Shown: positions 12,401-25,839 of the stretch, in pieces
How the letters are laid out: every line of letters starts with the position of its first letter
How positions within the stretch are numbered: the stretch's first letter is position 1
Assembly: GCA_976551045.1 (NCBI GenBank)
Contig: CDPCPM010000033.1
Coordinates: forward strand, 18,600,001-18,664,000
Direction: 5' to 3'
DNA length: 64,000 nucleotides
From: Glaucostegus cemiculus
Taxonomy: Eukaryota
The notes under the pieces: generated by a model
What the model was told of the DNA's origin: nothing
The model's database searches: none
Seen by the model: only the letters and a program-made list of their open reading frames with translations
Translations under genes and position numbers: made by a program

Positions 12401-15400
12401 ATTAAACAGCCCACAGTAAAATTGTTTGCATTAGGTCCAGATCTAGATGCATGCTGGCAAACGTTATATATAAATATGTTATATTTATGTAAATCAATTG
12501 GATAATTTAGCAGGACTCAGAGATTGAGAATAACGACTTGAATAATTTGGAAATGAACTGTGATTTCATCAGGTACAAATTATGTTTTGGTCCTCATTCA
12601 GGTATGAAAATGTTGCACTTCCTTCCCTGACAAATATTGCATTGATTTCCAGCCTTAAATATGTACTGGCCTCATTCACACCATGTACTAAAGCAAATTC
12701 ATATCAGAGTTGATCTGCTGAAGTAATTACTAACTTTCCATCCTACACAATTAATTGGATTCAACAGCAAATACCAATGATGAGGGATTTCAACCATAGA
12801 ATTCAAAGATACAATCAAAAACCGAAACCAAATTGATAAAAACAATGCTGTAAATACTGTAAATGAATGACATCTGTAGATTTTAATCACACAATGCCAG
12901 GTCAGGACGAAAACTTAGAATGGCTTGTGTTCTACTTCATACAATTCTCTATTATTTCAAGTTTCCAAAGTTTGATTCAATCCAAGAAAATACAAAAAAT
13001 GTAAGGAACAATACGCAAAACTATAATAGAGGATGCAAACTCACATTTCAAATTAAGAACTTATACATACTGTTAAGTCACTATTGATTTGGACAAAAAA
13101 ATTATAGAGAAAGAAGAAGACTTTAGACAGAATGTTTATTAACTGATTTCTGCATTTAGAAATTAAATTGTGAATCTCATCAATCATATTGAACGCTGTT
13201 AAGAGATTCACTTGAAACAAAATATATAGAAAGCCCATGGGATTGTTTTCTCATGAGGTAAATCCCAAATGAACATGCATTTTCATTGCTTTGACAGTTT
13301 CTTAATGAAAATAAAGCTTTAAAATTGGTAAATCCTATTACTATAAACTTTCCACTGCAGAACGATGAGAATCATATAGATTATTATTATTGGAACCTCA
13401 GCAGAGTCTGTCGATAAAGGTTCACATGTGCTGTTGCCATGATGTGATGTAGAACAACCATACTGAGCATATTTTTGATTGTGTTATTGGGTAAATAGGA
13501 GGGATGGAATACTGTTGTGAATAGTGAGTTAATCAAGTTGCTGAGATTTTATTGTAGGTTGCTCTATTGGGTTGCTAGCCAACTCATCCAAGCATGGTTA
13601 AAAAGATAGTCACTCCAGATGGTTCCAAATCCACTATTATACATGAGCTTTGACCTCTTATTATTTAACTCAAAAGTCATATATATAAATAATGCTCATG
13701 ATAACTTCATGAATTTTGATTAGGGGCATGCAGAAAATATAACATTTTGTGAAAATACACACTTTCTGTTGAAGGTTAATGATTTGTGCAAACACATCAG
13801 TAATGATTTTGTCTTGAACCAAAAGTAAACCTATAAGATGCATACTGCGCAACGCAAACCTACTCAAATAACACTAAGTAGGCACCTGGGTCATCTTCCA
13901 ATTGATTTCACAACAGTTTGCAATATATTAACAGAAATTGAAGAAGGTGCTCTCTGCAGATCAAAGTACCTGAGGTGAGCAATGATGAATGAGATAATAT
14001 GGCTTGTTATTGAATAACTCATCCTCTGAGTATGAAGTCTGATCCTAAATTGTGGTAAATTATTAATCCACTACAATTCACACTTTCTTGTAAATCTACT
14101 GAAAGCAGTTTAATTTTCAGGCATATTAAGAATCTATTATTCATAACAACTTGCACCTTTGATTTCTCTGTATTCAATTGTTTGGAAAAAAAACATACAC
14201 TCCACTGTAAAAATTACACTCATACTTGCTGGTCTGCTTGGACCACAGTTGACAACTATAACAAATGATATCTTCATTTTAAAATTAAAGTTCAAGTGAT
14301 ATATTTCTAATCTAGTTAAATCATTAATGTTATAAGGACCTTTAAAAAAATTACTGACTGGATGTTACTGTCAATAAATGAACGTCATTTAAGATTGAAA
14401 TTTATGGTAAGGTTAAAGCAAATAAGATTATTGTGCAGTTTTAAGTTTTAAAGTATTGAAATATAAATAACATAGTCAATAGCAGGTGCTTTAGTTCATG
14501 TCATAACTTTATACTAAATTGTTATACTAAAAGAACTACATACTTGTTAATGGAATATTAGAATCAGTTTGATTAAAATACAGGATTTTATCCTTAACAT
14601 GCAACCCAATGTATGTAGCAGCTTTCATTTCCTAACTGTATCATCTCCTTTCAGGGATTCTTTCCATATGTACAAGATGGAGCTAACCTTTAGCTAGGCA
14701 CTTAGGACTAACTGAAGAAGCATGAAAGGCAGATTCTATCTGTTAATGCAGTAACTGTAATCATTTGACACTGCTGCAAAATGCATTCAGCATTGCACAA
14801 AAGTGAGATCATTTCATGGTGGTAGTCTGCCAGAAATAACTTGAAAAATAATTGCAAAACTAAATTTTTAAATTCTGGAAACAAGCCAGCAGAGAAGTTT
14901 GCTCTCTTGTCTTGTTAAAAATATCAGCCTAGAAATTGGACTGGGCTGCATTCACTTCTTTGAATGCTAATCATACAAATTGAATTCTATTGTGCAGGTG
15001 GTTCTGGCAACTGAAAGCGTCTGTCAGTGTAGTTTCCCTGAGGATGAGGGAGTCAAGTGTGCTTCCCAGAAGTACAGCATACTCCATAAGGAAGTCCTTC
15101 TCGTGATCTACAACAAGCTTCATCTAAAGAGCCTGCAAAACCATAGCCCCAATGCAAACCAAGCAACCCTCTCCACACTTCAATCGTTATCACCAATATA
15201 ATAGACTAATAATCAAGCAGGGGAGCCCTAGTGACATAATAATAATCACCCATATCCTACCTTGTAGGCCTGCGTACACTGATGATAATACATAAGCAAA
15301 TTAATCCAATTTACTTCAATGACCTGGAACAACATCTTGGTATTTACTGATGTGTGACATCTCACCAGGACCCCCACTGTGAGAATCTCCACAATGCTAG

Positions 15401-16257
15401 TGCAAACATTAGTGTGCAGGTAACTACGACATGTCATTTAAGGATAGTAAATTTCTTTCAGCATTGTTTCATTGTGCAGTAATTGTCACTTTTGGAGGAG
15501 ACCACTGCAGCAGCCTCCTGCTAGGGTCTTCAAATAGTGGGCCAGGTAGGCCTCCTTCCATCCCAACACACAGGGCCTTGCTCTTGATATGTGTTGGGAG
15601 ATATACAGAATTGGATGAGTTCAATGGAGAATCACAACAGGTTCCTTTTAGCACTTGTTTCTGGGTATAAAAGACTCCAAAGCTGTTTCAAATATCTCTT
15701 TGATTACTTGCATAATTTTTTGGGACAATCGGCCACCAGCATTAGACACACCAAATGTGTTTTAATATGAGAAAAATAGATGCATGCCAATATCTGGGCA
15801 ATCTCCAACCAGTGAGAAGAAGTCTGGTCAATCTCTCCGTGATTAAAGCCCTACCTTTCCCCAGCTAGAGCGGGACAATCAATCAATAGCTTAAGGCAGA
15901 GTTCAACTGCGACTCTTGGTTTTAGTTCTTGCCAGCCACTTCTATATGACATCTTCCTGCGTTGGAACAGTTAAGATTCAATGGTTATTATTGGGAATAC
16001 AAGGCTCACTGCTGCTGTCAACTTTACAATTTATTTTAGTTTGTCTCTTCACGTCTCTTCAGACCATGTCTGATCCATCATCCAAGATGATAACATGCTG
16101 ATGATCTATGTTAAGGCTTCAGTCAGTCCTGATCTTGATTCTGTTATTCCAATGGGCCAGGAGCAAAAATGCTGAAATCTCCTTCCCCTTCGTGTCTCTG
16201 TTCATTACTTTTTCCTGCTGATAGCACTGAGGTTGAATAAATTAAATTAAATGACGT

Positions 16258-16830
16258 GGTTTCTTGTTTTGCAGCAGCAGCAGAACGCAAAGACATAAAA
16301 TTATTATAAATTACAAAAATAAATAAATAGTGCAAAAAGAAGGAATAATGAGGTAGTGTTTGTGGGTTCATGGGCCATTCAGAAATCTAATGGTGGAGGG
16401 AAACTGTTCCTGAATCATTGAGTGTGGGTCTTCAGGTTCCTGTACCTCTTCCCCAATGGTAATAGCGAGAAGAGGGCATGTCCTGGATGGTGAGGGTCCT
16501 TAGTGATGGATGCCACCTTCTTGAGGCCCTGCCTCTTGAAGATATCCTCAATGGTGGGGAGGGTTGTGCCGTAATAGAGCTGGCTGAGTCTGCAACTCTC
16601 TGCAGTCTCTTGTGATCCTGTGCACTGGAGCCTCCATACCAGGTGGCGATGCAACCAATCAGAATGCTCTCCACCGTACATTTTCTTGAAATTTGTAAGA
16701 GTCTTTGGTGACATACCAAATCTCCTCAAATGAAGTAGAGGTACTGGCATACCTTCTTTGTAATTGCATCAATGTGTTGGGCTAAGGATAGATCCTCCAA
16801 GATGTTGATGCCCAAGAACTTGAAGCTGCT
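16258..16830 (-). mobile_element. Rex1/Babar-type LINE, 3' fragment (frameshifted)
   Basis: Two overlapping minus ORFs give TVESILIGCIATWYGGSSAQDHKRLQRV and LPTIEDIFK...KDPHHPGHALFSLLPLGKRYRNLKT, the typical Rex1 post-RT C-terminus. Confidence 0.88.
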
Positions 16831-17625
16831 TGCCCTGTCTGCCATAAATCTAGCACTAGGGAACCATATTTATCATTTTATTTCATGTTAAAATAAGTTT
16901 TCAGTCAATCAATATGATCTAATGACACAATAGTGATGAGTCCTCATGAGGTAAAATACTTTTCAAAAGTGTGTCAGACCAGATATGGAGAGGCAATCTG
17001 TTAAAATTCCATAAAAATGTGAAGTTGCTTGTTTGGATATGGCCTGCAAACCCTTTTCAACTATTGTGTCAACAATGCCAACAATGTCACTTATCAAACC
17101 AGTGTGGAAAATTGCCAAAAACCACTGAAATATTACATTTGTGTGTTAAATATTTGGGCATTCAGGTGGGAATTGTACAGTCAATAGGTTTAACTTGTTT
17201 CACCTCGAACTTAGTCAAGCAGGGCTGGTTTGTTACCAGTTTTCTGACTTAGAGTGGGACTTTGGTAGCAAAGTCCTGTTACAGATTCTTGGAGTAGTAT
17301 AGCCTTGGAGAATGCAATGATATGATTCATCTATTATTCTTAATTGTAAACAAGTATTTTAAAATGGGTGAAGAGTTCCCCATAATTTAAAAGAATGAAT
17401 GATTTTGATTGACTAGGTCTAATATTTATTTAATGTTATTTATATAACACTCAGTAACATTTTAATTCACAAATCTAGACAGTTGAGACAATATCGGCCA
17501 ACAGCACCTTTCATTTATTTGAGTATTAAAATAGTGATCTTTGGACACTGCAGGGTCTGCTAGTGTTTTCCACTACTTCTACCACATCTGGTCACAGAAG
17601 AGTCGCTCTGCCGCCCTGCAGCTTG

Positions 17626-17902
17626 NNNNNNNNNNNNNNNNNNNNNNNNNNNNNNNNNNNNNNNNNNNNNNNNNNNNNNNNNNNNNNNNNNNNNNNNNNN
17701 NNNNNNNNNNNNNNNNNNNNNNNNNNNNNNNNNNNNNNNNNNNNNNNNNNNNNNNNNNNNNNNNNNNNNNNNNNNNNNNNNNNNNNNNNNNNNNNNNNNN
17801 NNNNNNNNNNNNNNNNNNNNNNNNNNNNNNNNNNNNNNNNNNNNNNNNNNNNNNNNNNNNNNNNNNNNNNNNNNNNNNNNNNNNNNNNNNNNNNNNNNNN
17901 NN
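17626..17902. other. N-run (277 bp)
   Basis: Run of N seen directly. Confidence 0.99.
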
Positions 17903-19619
17903 CAGAACCTTGGCAATTAGTTCTGAATTTAGCCACTTTCAGTACTTGCAAGTTGAAAATAAGTTAATGCATAAACCATCTTTATTAACTAAAGAAATTA
18001 TATTGGAAGAAAAAAATTGATGTTTTAGAAAATGTGGCAGATTTTCTAATTCAGAAATAGATACTTTAATTTACAAATTAAAAGTAATAAACAGCAAAAG
18101 GAAGAAGGACAGGGAGAGAATTATACATTTGCTCCATATATCGTATTCTGGACACGCAATAAATGATAAGAAAATGTCATTAATAATCCGTTCACCTAAA
18201 TAATTATTCCAGTTACCCATTTGGTAATTCACCTGATTCTAATGTTTGTTTAAAGATCTTTTGGATACTTACAGTGCCTGACCAATGATACTAGTCTCAA
18301 TGAAAATACTGTGGACCTGTACACAGAGTGTGGTCAGCTAAATCTGTCACTCATTTCTAAACTGTCATTAATGTATAAGTCTCTCCTGCTCCCACAATAT
18401 TTCCTCCAGTAAAACTAAAGCATTCTCTGTTTTAAGAAAATGTTCTATGTACGTATTTAAAAAAAAGCATTATTTATTCATTTATTTAATGGTTCTTTCC
18501 ATTTTGGTAATGACATATTTTTAAGATTTTCCTTTAAGTGCTCATCCATATTTGTTAATGAAAATTTAAAAAAAAAACTACAGGTGATGTAAATCTTAAA
18601 CAAAACCAGAAAATACTGGAAATAATCATTTACATTATTTTAATAGAAATCTTACATAGGCATGTGGAGAATAGCATTCTTGCTTTTGTTATATAACAAC
18701 GTAGGACACATTTTCTGTTCATTTTATCTGATGGTCTAGTTTCAGAACAGACGCTGGAGAGCTGAACAACATGGGTCAGAATTATATTGCAGCATTTTTG
18801 TTATGCATTTAGTTGCCTCACTGAAAAGGACCATAAACTTTATTTGAAAATAACCATGCACATGGTGGAGCTCTAGCGGGGCATATTTAAATATGAGATG
18901 AGTGAGCTAACGGTTAAATATACTCCAACTAACAGTAAAATTAGATAAAAACATAAAAAAAGCTGGAAATACTCAGCAGGTCAGACAGTATCTGTGGCTG
19001 GACACAAAGTTATTGTAGTCATCAGAACCAGAAAACATGAGAGGTATTACAGCCTTGAAATTACATTGTCTAACTCCTGTTTTTCACTCCTTAAAAATTG
19101 GGTTTCACCCAGAATAAGCTAGCAATCATTTCCCAATGAAATTACATCATTCAAGAAATTGGACTGGTAGCTTCTGGACACAATCCATATTAACACACCT
19201 ACTCATTTCCTGATGTCAGGCACACGCCTAATGATGTCGGTATTCTCCAAAATATAACCTTCCATAATTGTCTCAGCGGAACTAGGAGCCAGCTTGCTGC
19301 TCTCATGCTATGTAGAGGGACATTCTGCTGCTATTGGGATCCATGGCTTGGCAAATGCAGAATTCACTGCAAGCTGCTCAGGCACCTTCCATGCTCCACA
19401 AATTCTGCCTAAGATAAAAGGGAGCATTTTGCCCAGCACTTAGCTGCTAGGATATTCAGTCAACTGGTGTCTTGGTGTGACACCTATAGCAGTAATCTAT
19501 TCCTCACGCCAGTGTTATGTCCTTGACTGGCCCCTTTGGGGTGGGTCAGGAAACCTGGGGAAGGAGACACTGATGTGCCCATCAGCAAAGAGGCTCCTCT
19601 CACAGAGTCTTCAGGGGCC

Positions 19620-19808
19620 TGAAGTAAAGACAGGAAATGCTAGAAATACTCCATAGGTTACTCAGGATCTGTGGAGGAGGAAAGAGCGTTAATATTTCAG
19701 ATCGTTGAACTTTCACTGATCTGAAACATTCCAGTTTACTCTGTTTATCCCTCCACAAACGCTGCCTGAACTGCTGAGTATTTACAGCATTTTCTGTTTT
19801 TATTTCAG
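19620..19808. repeat. Palindromic Penelope-derived repeat (inverted arms)
   Basis: Left arm gaaatgctagaaatactc...atctgtggagg...atttcagatc and right arm gatctgaaac...ctccacaaacgctgcctgaactgctgagtatttacagcattttctg are imperfect reverse complements. Single arms also at ~18950-19010, ~32400-32500, ~34000-34065, ~49335-49445 and ~59045-59125. Confidence 0.8.
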
Positions 19809-20494
19809 AGTTTTTGCTTTTTGAGGTCACCCTGCCTGAAGCTCTCTGATGGATCTCTCATGCTTTGGGTTTAGGCTTCTCAAGGGCATCGCCTGTGAGA
19901 TGTGTGAAATTCTCTGACCTTCAGGTACATTCCCATACTGGACTGCTTTCTTTGTGAAGATCAAGACTATGATGACTCTTGGCTCTCAACCTCCTTGCTG
20001 CAGGATTATTCCAAATGACCACCATCTCTCCCACTTACCTGCAATGATTTCATCTACTTTGATTGTTGGCATCACAGGCGCCAGAATTTGCTGGCATTGC
20101 TGGCTTTCCATTAGTTTAGGGAGTAATTGACATCACTCTGGTTCCCTTAAGGACTTCCTTGAAGTTCTTTGACCATTTCCTTAACAGGAAATGATTTCAC
20201 TTCCTCATTGTGCAACTTGTTGTGGATCATGAGAAGAATATCCTTGTGGAGAAGTACAAGGGGCAACACTGGCAGACATCAGTGATAGGAATTACCTGCG
20301 AGGTTAAATCCTAGTGAACAAGAGCTGCCCTTTTCTTCCATAGTTGCTCACGTAAGTGCAACTACAGTGAGTTTCATACAAATACCTGAATGAAGAAAAC
20401 AAAGAAATTGATAAAGAGAGCAAAACCAGAGAGTAAACTTGCAGGGAGAAAAGATCTTCTACAAACATGTAGAAAAGATTAGTAAAGTCAAGTG

Positions 20495-21985
20495 TCATGG
20501 GTTGACCATCGAGTTCAATAATGTCATTTGTGCAGTCTTCTTTGGTGAGTCTGAGTGTGACTAGCAAGACCAGACCTTGAGGCACACACTGAGGGATAGT
20601 TGACGCACAGGAAAGGTGCTGTGACAGGTACAGATACTGAAGCCTTCCTGCATTCTCTGGCTCTGGTGACTCAGTCCTGTCAGCTGCTTTCAAGGTTGAT
20701 ACAGGACCTTTTGGTCAAAGCACACCAGCCTGTCCTGTCCTGGGCACAAGACTCCAGCTCTCTTGCAGGAATGCTTTTGCATTTGAGGCTGTGTTAGCTA
20801 CAATCCTTGCATCACTTTCTTGGACGTCCCCGGTTCCGGTAGCCCAGTGTAAGAACTCCATAAAGGAGCTGGCATGGCATAGCAGAACTGTCTGTATGGA
20901 TTACCTGACCTGTCCAGTGTCCTCAAGATCATGGTCTTGATGCTGACCCTGTCCAGAAATTCCAGGTTTGTCACCTTGGCCTGCCATTTGATTCCCATGA
21001 GTGACAGCAGGGATGTTGGATGGAAACACTCAACCTGCTTGTTGTGTTTCACAGCCATAGAAAAGGCTAGTGAGTACAACAGTGTTGTACACATTGATCC
21101 TGATTGAAAGCCTGATGGTTCTATGGATCATCAGATGAAAGGACAGGCGACCAAGTTACCGTCTAGGCTTGCTGATTCAAGCCGCTATTTTCGTGTCAAG
21201 AGAGCCGTCTGAAGAGATGACACTTCCCAGGTACTCAGTGTGATCGACTATCTTCAGCTCAATGGCATTGACGCTTAAGCTGGAGAGTCTGGAGAAGGCT
21301 GGTGCAAGACCTTAGTCTTGTTGGAACTGATTTTGAGATTGAAGAATCATGGGGATTCGGCAAACTTGTCAATGATGACTTGGAGCTCAACCTCCGAATG
21401 AGGGTGCAGTCATCAGCAAACAGTGCCTCTAAAGTTAGTCTCTCAAGCATCTTAGTCCTTACCTTCACTTCTGGGGGTTGAATAATCAGCTGACCAATCT
21501 GTATCTCAAGTACATTCCTCTTTGAAGGTCAAGCAGGACAATATTCAATGGGCTAAACAGGACTGGAGTGAGTATGTAGCCCTGTTCCCACCATTGGAGA
21601 TGTCAAATGGTATTGAAGTGTCACCAATAGAGAGGTCAAGACCATGCCATCATGGGTGAATGATCTGGGTGAATTTCCTGGGACAGCCAAACCTTGAGGA
21701 TGATCCAGAGAGCTTCCCTGTTGACTGTGGCGAAGACCTCCATCAAGTCGATGAAAACAGCATAGGGGTCCACGTGCTACTCAATGCATTTCTTCTGGAC
21801 CTGACTCACTGAGGAGATCATATCAACAATGCTGCAGCCTAGTCTAAAGCCACACTGAACCTCTGGCAGTGCTTCTTTCGAGACAGAGCTAATCGAGCGG
21901 CTGAGGATGACCAGTGCAAGAATCTTGCCAGCAAGAGATAAGAGGAGGCTACCTCGATAGCAGCCACAGTCTGCTTTGTTCTCTT
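20495..21985 (-). mobile_element. RTE-clade LINE, 5'-truncated and decayed RT
   Basis: Minus-strand motifs in order: NKADCGCYRGSLLLSLAGKILA, LPEVQCGFR, AVFIDL, TVNREALW, EALFADDC (RT catalytic FADD) and C-terminal ASRSGLASHTQTH, followed by a short 3' UTR. Confidence 0.88.
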
Positions 21986-21989
21986 ACAA

Positions 21990-23025
21990 ACCTACAAAAT
22001 GAAAATGGAGAACTCCTAACACTGAAGAGGGAAATTACAGTATAATTAACCAAATACTTTGGTTCTGTATTCATAGAAGATTGAGCAAGTAACTTTTGAG
22101 AAATGTTTGGGAAGCAAGAATCCATTAAAGGTGAAGAACTTGAGGAAGTTGGAATAAGTAAGGAAGTAATGCTGGCGAAATTAATGACACAGAAAAGTAA
22201 TGAAACCCTAGGACCTTGTAATTTGCATTCTAGAGTACTAAAGGAGGGAGTGATAAAAATGAAATTGGTTATCATTTTCTCTAGATTATGGAATAGTTGC
22301 TGAGATTGGAGGGTGGCAAAGTAACCCCACTATTTAGAAAATGGGAAAAACAGGAAATTACAGATCAATTAGTTTGACATCATTCATGGAGAAAATACTG
22401 GAGGCTATTATGTAGGGTATGGGAACAGGACACTTGGAAATCCTCAACATGGATTTCTTAAAGGCAAATCATATTTGACAAATGTATTGAGATTTTTGAG
22501 GATATAACTGGTAGATTGGATAAAAAAACAGTAGATGTGGTGTACTTGGATTTTCAAAAAGTCTTTAAAGTCCTACATGTAATGTTAGTGTGTGAAATTG
22601 GAGCACATTGGATTGAGGTTAAAATATTGTCATAGATTAAAAAATGGTTGACAGACAGGAAATGGAGATTAAGAATCAATGAGCCTTTTTCAAGGTGGCA
22701 GAAGGTAAGTATAAGGGTATCATAAGGATCAATGCTTGGGCCTCTGCTATCCATAACATGGACCATTAATTTAGATGAGGGAACAGAACGTAATATTTTG
22801 AAGCTTACCAGGGGTCTTTGTATGCCATCACTGAGAGCAAACATATAGGTAAAGTCAGCGATTAAATAGGCACATGGTACATTGGCCTTCATTGTAACAG
22901 GATTTGGGTAATGGAGCAAGAATATCTTGCTACAATTATACAGAGCCTTGGTGAGAGCACACCTGTGCTTATTTAATGAAAAATAGAGGGAGTGCAACAA
23001 AGTTTCACCAGATTGATTCCTGATG
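21990..23025 (+). mobile_element. Old, internally deleted CR1 LINE RT fragment
   Basis: Degenerate CR1 ORF2 motifs: agtttgacatca...aaaatactggag (SLTS..KILE), caacatggattt...aaaggcaaatca (QHGF.KGKS), gtagatgtggtgtacttggattttcaaaaa (VDVVYLDFQK); many stops and indels. Confidence 0.85.
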
Positions 23026-23599
23026 GAGGTAATGGGGCTCCCTTGGTTACAAATAACTTGACTTATGGAAATCTTACTTTACACAAACTCTCCCAAACAT
23101 TTTTAAAGCATTTTTTCAGATAGTAATACACATAAGTTACCTCCTGCCTGGATCTCCTTATAGAGGATCTGGTGTTCTCCTGACCCTGTACATGGGACCT
23201 TCCTCCTGGCATTTATTGTGTTGATGGAAATTTGTATCTATCTTTGAGGGAACATGAAAGCTGACTTATCTTCCCCTGCAACCTCATCCTCCTCTGTGGT
23301 GGCCAAAGTATTTCTTGCCATAGTCTGGCTTCCATATGGAGTGTGCCCTTAAGAGCTGACACCTTTACTGAGTGCATTGCAGTAAAGTGTCGGAAGGTGT
23401 GCGAAATACGAAATTGAGCAAGGAACCACATGTGTCCCATTTTAGCACTTGTTTAATGCTGTTTGAAATGTGAGTTTTTGTTGGGTATCAAATTTGGCAT
23501 TTGTGCTGCATGCATCCATATTTATGCATACAAAAAATAGGTGAAATTCAATTTCTAGGCAAGCAAGTTTTAAGATCCCGAGAAGTGGGGAGGAGGTGA

Positions 23600-23870
23600 A
23601 GGGACTGAAAGGGAAATTCTGTGGCAGTGTCAAGAGCAGGCAAGATTAGATGACAAAAGGGATGATATTGTAAAACAGAAGAAGATGATAATTAGGCAAG
23701 CATAGAAACAAAAGAACAGTCCAGAGGAAGTGTAAATGAGAATATCACAATCACCTCTGAAGCTGTCAAACTCTGAGTTGAATTGGGAAGATTGCAATGT
23801 GATTAATCAAATAATGAAGCTCTGTTTCTTGAGCTTACATTGAACTTCATTGGAGCAGCATAAAATGATG
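23600..23870 (-). mobile_element. Penelope-like element fragment (GIY-YIG endonuclease C-terminus and downstream sequence)
   Basis: Minus strand 23866-23762 translates ILCCSNEVQCKLKKQSFII*LITLQSSQFNSEFDS, resembling the recalled fish Penelope C-terminus LLHC..EAQRKLEEQHLIFRLGTLQP.GLNIEF. Confidence 0.65.
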
Positions 23871-24202
23871 ATACCAGTGATGGTGAGTTAGAGCTGCATG
23901 GTATGTCAACATATCTAAATATCTATGTATGGCAAGGTGACAGTAACTAAAGTTTGGTTAGTACCTGGGGGAGAGTTTGAAAGATGTGACATTGAGGATG
24001 AGAGTTTTTATTTCAGTGCATTGGAACAATCTTCTAGACAGGAACCATGACTTGCACACTAGATCAAATGGACAGAAGACTTATTCCTTAAGGAAAAAAA
24101 AACACCCTTGTAACTTATTTCGTGTAATTGGTCTCCAATGAGAAATGTTGAATACATAACTACAAGTTTTGTATTACATCAAGTCTGTGTAGACAAACAA
24201 GA

Positions 24203-24599
24203 TGTCATGATTCTGAGTACTGGCCCTTGATTTGGTTCCTTAGATGCCTCGTTATACAGCACATGGATTCCATGCCGGACTGATTACATAATGACACACA
24301 CCTGAGCCCCATCAGGGGCCTAGCATAAGTACCTGGGTTTCTCTAGCACTAGTTGCCAGAGGATTGGTCAACCTTGAAGATTCACTTTGGTTCCTAGCTG
24401 CTTAGAGTGGTCTACTCCAGAGCAGTCCTGTGTTCTCTAGTCCTGCTTGAAGATTCAGTTTGTGTTGGGATTACTACTCAGATCTCCGAGGCAAGGTTTC
24501 CTTCCAGTGTTGCCTGAGGAAGTATCCTGACTCCAGTCTTGTACCAGTGCGCCGCATTTGGGTTCCCTGTGAGCTTGCTCTTCAATCAACATTATGACA
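24203..24599. mobile_element. Solo LTR (397 bp), Gypsy-like, with 5-bp target-site duplication
   Basis: Starts TGTCATGA and ends TTATGACA (inverted termini TGTCAT/ATGACA), flanked on both sides by CAAGA (24198-24202 and 24600-24604). No internal coding sequence. Confidence 0.85.
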
Positions 24600-25159
24600 C
24601 AAGAAGCTTGCAATAATCACTTATTTCCTTTTCCATGGAATATACAAACATACAGATTAGGAGCAGGAGTAGGCTTCTTGAGTCAAGAGTGGTGACTGAA
24701 GGTTCTTTAAAAAGTTGGGCATGAATGCAGCTGTGCTATCAAAGAGCAAAGAAGAATGAGGGAGGGAATGTCAGTGAGAGATGTTCAGGCAGCTGAATGC
24801 TCTGCCATAATTGAAGGATCAAAGACAAGGTCTGGGGAACAAATCAATTGAGAGAAAACATTAAGCTTGAGGAAATAATGGAAATAGAAATGAAACTGAG
24901 GGTAAGAGTATTGGGGCAATTAGGAACAAGTCTTATTCTATCCTGTGACTTTAGGAACAGAAATGATCATCATAGTTCTGATTTCAAGACCTTTATCCAG
25001 TCCAGTGCCTGCTGGAGTGCAAGTTTAATTCCAAGATGTCACCCTCAATCTAGTGTTGAGGGCAAGATATTATGTGCCCTATTGGTTGATTGGGACTTTC
25101 ATAAATAAACCAACCAAAGTTTTAAGGTCATTCAAATTTTAAAAATTTGGAGGTGAACA

Positions 25160-25272
25160 TAATTCTTACTGAGCTTGACACAGTAGGTACATAGTTGGTT
25201 GTTTCCCTTGGTTGGGGTATCTAGAACCAGGGGTCATAGTCTCAAAATAAGGGGTTGGCCATTTGGGACAGA
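25160..25272 (+). mobile_element. Short CR1 3'-region fragment
   Basis: tgtttcccttggttggggtatctagaaccaggggtcatagtctcaaaataagggg (LFPL...SRTRGHSLKI). Confidence 0.7.
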
Positions 25273-25419
25273 GCTGCTCAAGACATTTGATTGAGTCTTA
25301 GAAGCTTCCATCTCACCTGCTGCAGGCCCCAGACAGCAGCCCACAGGAGAACCAAGGGTCCACCTCTGGATTTAAAATAAGTTGATCATTCAGTCAATTT
25401 TTTAAAGGTTTGTGTGTCG

Positions 25420-25775
25420 ACCAGTGTGACGACCAGAACTGCACACAATGTTCCAAATGTGACCTCACTGAAGTTTTATACAGTTGCACCCTGGCTTCTC
25501 TACTGTTATATTCAATGCCCTGTCCAATGAAGGCAAGCATATCGTATGCCTCCTTTACTCTCCTATCCACTTGTGTTGCCACCTTCAGGATGCTATGAAC
25601 TTCCACCCAAAACATCCCTCTGTATATCAATGCCCCTGATGATCCTGCCATATGTAAAGAGTTATAGAGGCATACAGCACAGAAACAGGCCCTTCAGCCC
25701 AACTGGTCCATACTGACCAACATGCCCATCTAAGCTAGTTCTATTTGCCTGTGTTTGGCCCATATCCTTTTATCT
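25420..25775 (-). mobile_element. Two adjacent minus-strand CR1 fragments (ORF2 piece 25420-25650; 3' end 25655-25775)
   Basis: ORF 25394..25651 gives LKVATQVDRRVKEAYDMLAFIGQGIEY...QLYKTSVRSHLEHCVQFWS, followed by a reverse-oriented tail catacagcacagaaacaggcccttcagcccaac. Confidence 0.85.
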
Positions 25776-25839
25776 TTCTGTGTTAAACTTGGTTTTTTAA
25801 ATTTGATAATTCAGTATGTATACATGATATGTTTGAGGC

